This document shows positions 27,916-36,700 of a DNA stretch of 57,739 bases, in pieces. The stretch lies in IMG/VR virus record IMGVR_UViG_3300011115_000454, positions 1 to 57,739 of that record; one strand, 5' to 3'. How positions within the stretch are numbered: the stretch's first letter is position 1; every line of letters starts with the position of its first letter. A program made the translations under genes and the position numbers. Below the pieces are notes generated by a model. That model did not search any database. It was not told where the DNA came from and saw only the letters and a list, made by a program, of their open reading frames with translations. The stretch is from a virus. Lineage: Duplodnaviria > Caudoviricetes.

Positions 27916-29027
27916 GAATGCATGATTTTGAAATGCTGCCAGAATTGGCGTTTCAACGAGGTGAAAAAGGAAGACTTACACGTCTTTGGGGTAAGGGCGG
28001 CGGGTCTGCTCCTGCACCAGACCCTAATATTGGATTAGCGCAAAAACAACTTGCGGATTTGTCCAAAGAAGAATGGGATATGTTTAAGACGGATATTTAT
28101 CCAAAGCTGTTAGAAGCGCAAGATAAGCAAGAAAAACGCTCGCAGGGTATGTATGACATTACCACTGCTACTATGAATCAGCAGTTGGAATATGCTAAAA
28201 AAGACAGAGAGCGATACGAAGAAGGCGGCATTCCTGCAATGGAAAAGATTAAAGCCGACGCTGATTTGTATAACAGTGATGACGAACAAGAACGTTTGGC
28301 GGGGCAAGCCAAATCAGATGTAGCCACTGCGTCTCAAAACGCAGCACGAGACCTAGAGATGCGCAATCGTTCTTATGGTATTGACCCAACGTCAGGAACT
28401 GCTATGGGGTTAGGAAATGCTAATTCTATAAATCAATCGCTTATGGAGTCTCAAGCAGTAAATCAAACTCGCAAAGCGGCTAAAGATATTGGTTTGGCTA
28501 AACAAGCTAACGTGTACAACATGTATGCAGGACTTCCTGCCCAAGCCGACACAGCAGTTAAAACTGGCGTAAGTGCTGGTAGTACAGGAGTAGCCGCAGG
28601 TCAGACACAATTTAATAATGCCGCAGCAGCTGGTGATACTTTAGGTAAAGGTGTTGCTCCTGCTATGTCTGGATGGAATAGCGTTGGGCAAATTGGTGTT
28701 GGTAAATACAATGCTGACGTTAGTGCGTACAGTGCTCAACAACAAGCTGAAGGCGCTATGTGGGGCGGAATTGGTTCTATGGTTGGCGTGGGCGCTGGCA
28801 TAGCCTTAAGGTCAGATATAAGAACAAAACAAAATATAAAACATGTAGGTCAGCTAGACAACGGTATTAACTTGTATGAGTTTGAATACAAACCACAATT
28901 CCACAATGAATACGGTTCGCACAGACGTATTGGAGTTATGGCGCATGAAGTAGAACGTGTAATTCCCGAGGCTGTTTTGATTGGCTCAGACGGCTATAAG
29001 ATGGTCAACTATTCAATGGTGGTGTAA
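27912..29027 (+). CDS. ejection/internal virion protein with C-terminal peptidase S74-like chaperone domain
   Basis: GKGGGSAPAPDP after a short leader; SDIRTKQNI...GVMAHEV...PEAV...GYKMVNY. Confidence 0.75.
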   Translation: MRMHDFEMLPELAFQRGEKGRLTRLWGKGGGSAPAPDPNIGLAQKQLADLSKEEWDMFKTDIYPKLLEAQDKQEKRSQGMYDITTATMNQQLEYAKKDRERYEEGGIPAMEKIKADADLYNSDDEQERLAGQAKSDVATASQNAARDLEMRNRSYGIDPTSGTAMGLGNANSINQSLMESQAVNQTRKAAKDIGLAKQANVYNMYAGLPAQADTAVKTGVSAGSTGVAAGQTQFNNAAAAGDTLGKGVAPAMSGWNSVGQIGVGKYNADVSAYSAQQQAEGAMWGGIGSMVGVGAGIALRSDIRTKQNIKHVGQLDNGINLYEFEYKPQFHNEYGSHRRIGVMAHEVERVIPEAVLIGSDGYKMVNYSMVV

Positions 29028-29029
29028 TT

Positions 29030-30769
29030 ATGGCTAGTTTTGGTCAAGGTTTTGCAAGTGCTTTTGCGCCTATATATTTAGCAGGTTTAGATGCCGAAGC
29101 TAGAAAAAAAGCAGATGAACGTGCGGAACGTGCTTTGCGCATGCAAGAGCAAGAGTTTCAACAAAGGCAACAAGATGTCCAAGCCGCAAAAGATGCCGCT
29201 GCTCAATCATATGGGCGTGTAGGCAAAGCGGCATTAACAGGTGATTTACAAACTGATACTGGTATTGGTGCGCAGCAAGCTGAGGCTTTAGATACAAAAA
29301 GTGGAGACGCCAGTTTTGATGCTTATGACCGTGCGCAATTAGCCGATACACTTCGTGCAAATGCAACACGAACACCGGAGCAAATAGCTGCGTATGCTGC
29401 AGACCGGGAAGCTGCAATCCCCACAACACGAAAAATGTTAGTTAAAGGCGAAGGCGAAGGCGAGCAAACTACAGAACAAGCATTTCCATATAGTAAGTAT
29501 GGAGCGCAAGCAACTCCAGAAGAAATGGCAGCATTAAAACCAGCTGCACCCACCATGACAAAAGACATGGCAAGGGATGAATATGTTAAACGCTTATATG
29601 CAGCAGGCATGCCAGAAAAAGCGCAAGCAGCAGAAATTGGTGGGTTGCAAGTATCAGGACTTAAACGCAGTGAACGATATGCAGAAAAACAAGAAACAGC
29701 TCTTGGATTTCGAGATGCTGTTATGGATGAAATAAAGAAAAACAAAGGTGATTTAGAACCTGTGTTTGATAAATTTTTTAAAGATGTTTACAACGAAGGC
29801 AAACTTCCCGGAACAGATGATGGGAAAACAGCTAAAGTTGTGCAAGGCGCATTAGGAGGAAAAACAGTTTTATTAACAGATAAAGACGGTAAACAACAAA
29901 CATTACCGCTTGATATAAATACAATACAAATGCTGACTGAAAAAACTCAGGGGCTAATGATGGCTTCTTCATCACCTGACAGTTATTGGAAAAATAAAGA
30001 ACAGGATTTAAAAGAAAAAACACTTGCCATACAAGGAAGACAAGTGGCGGTATCAGAAAAAGAACTCAAAGAAAAAATGGATGTTGGCTTGTTTAGAGCT
30101 CAAGCTAACCAAGCAAATGCCGCCGGCAATGCTTCTAATGAGCATGCAAACTTGTATAAAAACATGATTAGACTTGCGTCAGAAAATAGAGAAGCTGGGC
30201 AAGCAATGAAACCATTTATTGAAGAATTTGCCAAATTAACACCTGAAGAACAAGCAGGAACTAAAGGGCAAGGGATACTTCTTTCTGCTGCAACTTCTGC
30301 TGCTCGTAAAACTGGTGACATAACTGGAATTATTAGCGCGCTTAAGAAACCTGATAAATCAGGAGTTGATGCTCAATGGAACATAATAGAGCAAGATTTG
30401 TATAAACAAGGAAGTAAACCGGCGGACATCAATGCTGCTAAAGATAGTTATTACGCAAATAAAGGATTTGCACCTGCTGCGCTACAAGCTGCAGTCTCTA
30501 ATGGAATATTTCCTGACGGTAAAAAAATGACTGGTGCAGATGTTGATTCATTTAATGCTCGGTTCCCCAATAGTAAAATAGATAAAACAGAACTAAGCTG
30601 GGTAAAACCAATTACACCAACTGCTGCCACTGCTGCAATTCCAACAGAAGAAAAATTTATTAGAGAAAAAAATTCTAGAGGAGCGCTTATATACACTCCT
30701 AGTCCTAGAGGCCAGACTAAACAAAAGTGGGCTGAATTAGATTCAACACAACAGGCAATTCCAAAGTAA
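29030..30769 (+). CDS. internal virion/ejection protein
   Basis: MASFGQGFASAF start; helical, A/Q/K/E-rich; between the other two ejection genes. Confidence 0.65.
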   Translation: MASFGQGFASAFAPIYLAGLDAEARKKADERAERALRMQEQEFQQRQQDVQAAKDAAAQSYGRVGKAALTGDLQTDTGIGAQQAEALDTKSGDASFDAYDRAQLADTLRANATRTPEQIAAYAADREAAIPTTRKMLVKGEGEGEQTTEQAFPYSKYGAQATPEEMAALKPAAPTMTKDMARDEYVKRLYAAGMPEKAQAAEIGGLQVSGLKRSERYAEKQETALGFRDAVMDEIKKNKGDLEPVFDKFFKDVYNEGKLPGTDDGKTAKVVQGALGGKTVLLTDKDGKQQTLPLDINTIQMLTEKTQGLMMASSSPDSYWKNKEQDLKEKTLAIQGRQVAVSEKELKEKMDVGLFRAQANQANAAGNASNEHANLYKNMIRLASENREAGQAMKPFIEEFAKLTPEEQAGTKGQGILLSAATSAARKTGDITGIISALKKPDKSGVDAQWNIIEQDLYKQGSKPADINAAKDSYYANKGFAPAALQAAVSNGIFPDGKKMTGADVDSFNARFPNSKIDKTELSWVKPITPTAATAAIPTEEKFIREKNSRGALIYTPSPRGQTKQKWAELDSTQQAIPK

Positions 30770-30778
30770 GGAACAGAC

Positions 30779-33700
30779 ATGCCAAACATTTGGGATTCGT
30801 ACCTAGTAGCAAAACCGGGAGACGATAAAGACCGTTTTTCCGGAGGAACTAATTGGGATGCGTACATAAATCCACCTCCTCCAAATAAACCAGGATTTAT
30901 TTCTGATGTTAAACGAGGTACAGGACAAGTTATTGAGTCTGTAGGTTCTACTCTTAAAGATATTGGCGCTCCAGAAACAGGGGAATCACTTGAGCAGTAT
31001 GGAGCGGGTGTTACTCGACGTAACCCATCACAGATTAATACAGTTGAGGAAGCAATTCGTAATCCATTTACAACATTACGTGAATCTGTAGGTGAGGTTG
31101 TTCCTCAAGTTGGAACTTCTATTGCTGCTGGTATTGGTGGACGAGTTATTGGTGGAGCGCTAGGCGGAATGATTGGTTCGGCTATCCCCGGAGCTGGAAC
31201 TGCTGCTGGCGTTGCTATTGGGCAAAACGTAGGTGCTGGTGCTGCTGCGTATTTAAGCAATTTAGCTCAAGAATATGGCGGCATTCGTAAAGAACAACGT
31301 GACCAAGGTATTGAAGATAAAACCCGTGCTTTAGGTGCTGGTGGGGCTGCTGCTGTACTTGATACAGCGTTTGGTGCAGAAAGAATCGCCAATAAATTTT
31401 TATCTCATGGTTCAGACATTCTTGCTCGTGAAGCCGGTACAAGTTTACGTAAACAAGTAGGTAAACAAACAGCTATTGGGTTTGGTATTGAAGCTGGTAC
31501 TGAAGGAGCGCAAACTCAATTAGAACGATACGGCGCATATAAAGACTTAACTTCCGCAGAAGCAGGTAACGAAGTTGGACTGTCAATGATTAAAGGCGGT
31601 CTAGGCGGCGGCGTTATTCGTGGTGGACTTTCCTCTATAGCTGGGGAACGCCCATCTACTTCTTCCACTGGCGGCGACAGCATGCTTAAAGGTGCTAATA
31701 AAGACCAGTCAATTGGGAGTGAACCAAGCAACGAGATATCACAGACATTCAACCAGACTGCTGCGGGCACAACACCCACTTTATCTGCTTCTATTATGCA
31801 GGGCTTAGTTGGCGGTGCGCCAAACCCATTAGCAGGTCGTGCTCCTTTAATTGAACAGCAACAAGTACCACCTGAGCAACAAGCCCCTGCGCCGTCTGCT
31901 GCGCCATCACCTATCACGCCTCCTGCTGTGTCGGGCGGTACTACACCTATTGCTCAGCAAACCCAACTACAAGCTCAGCAAGAACAACAAGCGCAACAAG
32001 CGCAAGAGCAACAAACCAAACGTGAAGAAACCTTTAACAACCTCGGTGCTCAATTTAATCCCGAGAATGGCGGCGAGTTAACCATCTTTGGTCAAAAAGT
32101 ATTTGGCCCTCAGATTGCACCATTTGGTACAGCGTTATCTTTAAAACTTTCAACCCTTCCACCACACGGATATGAAATAGCCAAGGCTGTGGCGCAAGCC
32201 AACGATACAACTGGCGGAAAAATTGTTAGCTTTACTTACAACGGCGCAAACCCTATAGGTTCTGCTGAAAAATTAACCAAGGCTTTGATAGCCGTCACAG
32301 ATAAGTTTCAGATTGGGCATGTTAATTCTACGCAGGAAGCCGCTCAAATACTTAACAAACTGTCTTCAACAGCAAAAGGCACTCAGCTTGAACAGATTAA
32401 CGCTATTCATCAAGCCTTGACTGGAACCGACACTCAAGGGTATATTGAATCACAAACCACTAAACCGAAAGGAAAGTCAAATGAACAGCAATTGCAAACA
32501 ACTCCCGGGGTGGGAACAGTACCAGTCCAAGGAGGAACAGTCCAAAACAATGATGGACTCACTGGGCTTTTACAGCCCGGAGAAATTCAACCCGTCGGGG
32601 CAGGAGGCGACATTGGAACAGCGATTAGCCAGCAAATTGGACAGCCGTCAGGAGAAGGAATACGGCCTAGCACCAGTGTCACCCCCGACATTTCTGGTGG
32701 TCAGCCAACGACGGGGCAAATAAATTTAACTGCACCTGCGCCAGATACAAACCAATTACTTCGCCAAATTTTTGGAGACACATATGCCATTGACGAAAAC
32801 GTCCCACCAGCAACACGCGGCCCCGCAAAAAGAGTCGTTGGTAAAGTTGAGCAAGTTCGTGTACAACCAGAACAAACCGGAAAACCCGGAGTTTCTGAAT
32901 CAGTTTCAACAGGCGTGGCAGGCGAACGAGTTGTCAAACGCAGACGCAAATGGACTCCAACAAACGCCCCAGCAGCAGGCACAAACCAGTTCTACAGCAC
33001 CGCAGTAGAGCATATCCACCCAACAAAACGGTCAGAAATTATTCTGGCTATTTTTGTAAATGCGTTAGAACCCAAAACTACACGTGGGGATGAATACCCT
33101 GCTGCTGTTCGGGCAAAAATTCTTCAGATGTCTTTGATGGAGCAGATGACCGCTCCTGAGATTTCCAAGTACTTTGCTGAGCTTGAAAATCCAATTGATC
33201 TTAAACCAGGCACTATTGATACGCAACGCAAACGAATGGGTCTTGTGGATAGCCGATCTATTCGTGGGTTGTATATAGACACTACAAGTGAACAAGGCAG
33301 AACTTTGTTGGCAGATGTGGTGCGTGCAGCTGCTGAATTTAAAACAGGTGCTTTTCCTGATGGTATTGGGCCTGACCAATTGCGTGGGTTTTACGCTGCC
33401 AAGAATTCATTTGCCACTGGAAATGAAGTTGTTGAACTTAGCGACGACGTTATTGAAGAACCCACTGCAAAAAATACAGATGTAAAACTACAAGAAGAAC
33501 TGCGCGGGTCAAACAACGAAAACAAAGACACTCGGACTATGGGGGAAATCTCCACGGCTGGTGGTTCTCAAGGTAATGTTGATTCGCTTAAACAAACACG
33601 CAAAAACCTAAAGACTGGAAAAGTATTTAAAGACATCAGTGCGCTTGACCAGATTGAAAAACTGACAGATGAAGCTGACCAGATTCGTGATTCTTTAGAT

Positions 33701-36700
33701 GGCATGGCTCCAAAAGACCCGCGCCGTGCAGCATTGGTTGACAGGCTTGAACAAATTGGTGATGCAGACTCTGGTGAAATTCAAACGCTTTATGAAGAAT
33801 ACAACAAAGCTCAAAAACTGCGTTCCAAAGAAGCTGAAGAAGCTGGCGTAGAGAAAAAGGAAGAAGCTGAAATCACGCCAGAAGAATTGACTGGTGAAGA
33901 ACTTGCCGCTTCTGAGCGGGAAGATGAACGTAAAGCTGAAGCAGCAGAAAAAGCTGCGGCTGATAAAGGAGAAACCGATGCCGTTCAAGTCGAAAGCACA
34001 GATGAAGGAAATGTTCGCAAACCAGCCGGAAGTGGCAAAAAGGTGGGCAAAACTAACACCGAATCCAAAAAGCCTGCCGGAACACGTAAAACCACCACCA
34101 AAAAACCAGTTGAGACCAAGAAGCCGGTCGAGGTAAAAACACCAAAGGAACAATGGGATGAATTACGCACTCTTGCACCTGAATTACCTACGTATGAAAC
34201 TCTCAACCGAGACCAAAAAATTAGGTTTGATGATTTGGCAAACCGTGGACAAGCGAATCTTGCAGCCGTTGTCGGTCAAATTGTTACGGCTCCTAGCACT
34301 GAAATCGTGGCTGAAAAGCGTGAAGCACTGGGCGCTGTTGAAACTACTGAAGAAGTAAAAGAAACACCTCAAGCTGAAGAAACACCTCAAGCTGAAGAAA
34401 TAGTTAAAGAAACTGTTGGTTCTCAAGTAGCCAAACTGCCAGACGCTCAAGTCAAACGTCTTGAAAACCACTACGGTGTTAAGTCAGACTCCTTGGAGTT
34501 CATGACCAAGGTTAAGGAAGACGTAGTCAAGTACGCCACCAAAGGCGCTAACGCAGTAGCCGGAGCCATCCGAGACATTATTAAAGCTATCCATGCTGGT
34601 GTGTTGTCTGTAGCAATGATTTTTAACCCAGTGGCAATAACACCTCCAGAAGCTTTTGTGTTTGTTCCGCAGACGCAGACATATCAGCAAGAAGTCAAAG
34701 CTGAATTACCCAAAGGTACTGAAAACATGTCCCAGGCCGGGAAAGAAGCGTACCAATACATTTACCCTGCAATCAAAGACAAGCTGATTGAAGCCAACAA
34801 ATTCTTTGTTCTTGCCGACAAACCCAATGGGCGCACGTATGTGTTTAATCCTGACGGCTCGCTATTGCTGGAAAGAAAAACTTTGTACGGGGCCGCAGAA
34901 GGTGACTTGCTAATTGGCGATAACAACCTTCCTAAAAATCGAGTGACTCCAGCTGGGTTATTTAACCTTGGTCTGCGGGATGCCGCAAGGGGCGGCGGTG
35001 AAGCTGTTACTGCTGGTGAATACGATTTTGGAAAAGTATTTGTTCTTGACAAAGCATATGGCGGCGAATTCAGCGGCACAATCATGCACTCGGTTTGGAC
35101 AAAAGAAAAAGACGCTGCTCAACGTCTTGCTGCGTTAAAAAATGAAAAGTCTGGGGACTTCCGTTATTCTTTTGGTTGTATTAACGTAGACAAAGAAACC
35201 TACAGAGACCTCATTACTAACCATTTGAGTCAGATGGATGGTGCCAAGTTGTTTATCGTCCCAGATAATCAAGCCCAAGTGAAAAACTTTATAACTGGCA
35301 ATGTGAAAGGCGATGAACTTGACCGCCTTGGTATTACGCTTAAAACAGAACAGGTAACTGTTCCTGTTAGGTCAGCAACTCAAGTATCTGAAGCAGAACG
35401 TACTGTTTTAGGTAAAGAGGAAAAGTTTGCAAGTCGTAGCAAACCAATGCTGTTTGAAAACATAGCAGACGAACTCAGCGGTATGGAAAAAGCTGAGAAA
35501 GCCCTCAATAATTTGGGCATCTCTAACGCTCTTGACTATGTCAGCGGATGGGAAACTTTTGAGGATGCTTCTGAAAACGCACCTGATGGCTTGTTGGTGT
35601 CTAGAGGTGTTAATAAAGAACGTGCTTCTCAGTATTTTGTTCAAATAAATACAGCATCTACCAAAGGTGACCCTCTATTTGAAGCGCAAGTTGCCATCCA
35701 CGAAATTGGACATGCAGTTGATATGGCCCCCCATGGCGGTATATATTCATCTCAGCCTGAGATGAGTGTGTCTTTACAAGACGGTGTAGTAACGCCAATT
35801 GGTAAAATGTCCAAGGAACTGTTTAGCTTGTATCAAACTGACGATAATTGGGGTGATTTTTTAGCATACCCATTTGATATTAGTGCTTTCCCTGATATAA
35901 AGAATCACATAGAAGTAGAAGGTGAGTTGTTTGCACAGGTATTTGCTGTGTATGCTTCACCTGCAGGTCGTGCTTATATTGAGCAAACCGCCCCCCAAAC
36001 CGCAGCGTTCATGAAGGAAGTTATAAATGACATCAAGTCTTCAAAATCGTTTCAAATCCAAAAGAGCGAAGTATCAGCAGCAAGAACCCTCTCGTTCCGT
36101 AATCGTAACGCCCAAGGGGGTAATAGACAGACAACTCAAGTTCTTGGACTCCCTCCCCGAGGTGCCGCCCCAGAGTCGTTCGCAAGCAGAAGCATACCCT
36201 TCGACCCCGAAACTTTTATAGGTTCATTACCAAAACAAACTCAAAAAGCGGCTCGTACAGTAATAGACGATTTACCCAATGCGCTAAAGAAAGGCTCATT
36301 GGCGTCAGCAATTACAGAAGACGTGATTGGTATGGCTACCAAGTACATGAAATCCGCTCAAGATTATTTGACCGCACAGTACGCACGGCAGGCTTCTAGA
36401 TTGCGCCATGAACTTAAAATTGAAAAAATATTAAGTAGGTTTGATAAACTACCCGAAGAACTCAAAGGCACAGGCGCTAACAGCGTCAATGCGTATATTT
36501 TTGATTCCACAAGGCAAGAGAAGTGGGGCTACTACCCCGGTGAGAAATTTGTCAGCACTAGGCTTTTTGACACTGACCCTGAGTTTAAAAAGCGTTTTAA
36601 TGCGTTCCCACCTGCTGCTAAAAAAGTAATCATGGATGTGTTTGAACACGGACATGACGTGATGGTAGAAAAACAAACCGCAATATCGGATGCCATCAAC

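Noticed and set aside
34158-34358. Other +1-frame ORFs in the giant gene (31851, 32772, 33288, 34158, 36441, 36975)
   Set aside because: Weak or missing SD, or non-ATG starts, with shadow-like composition, unlike the three reported
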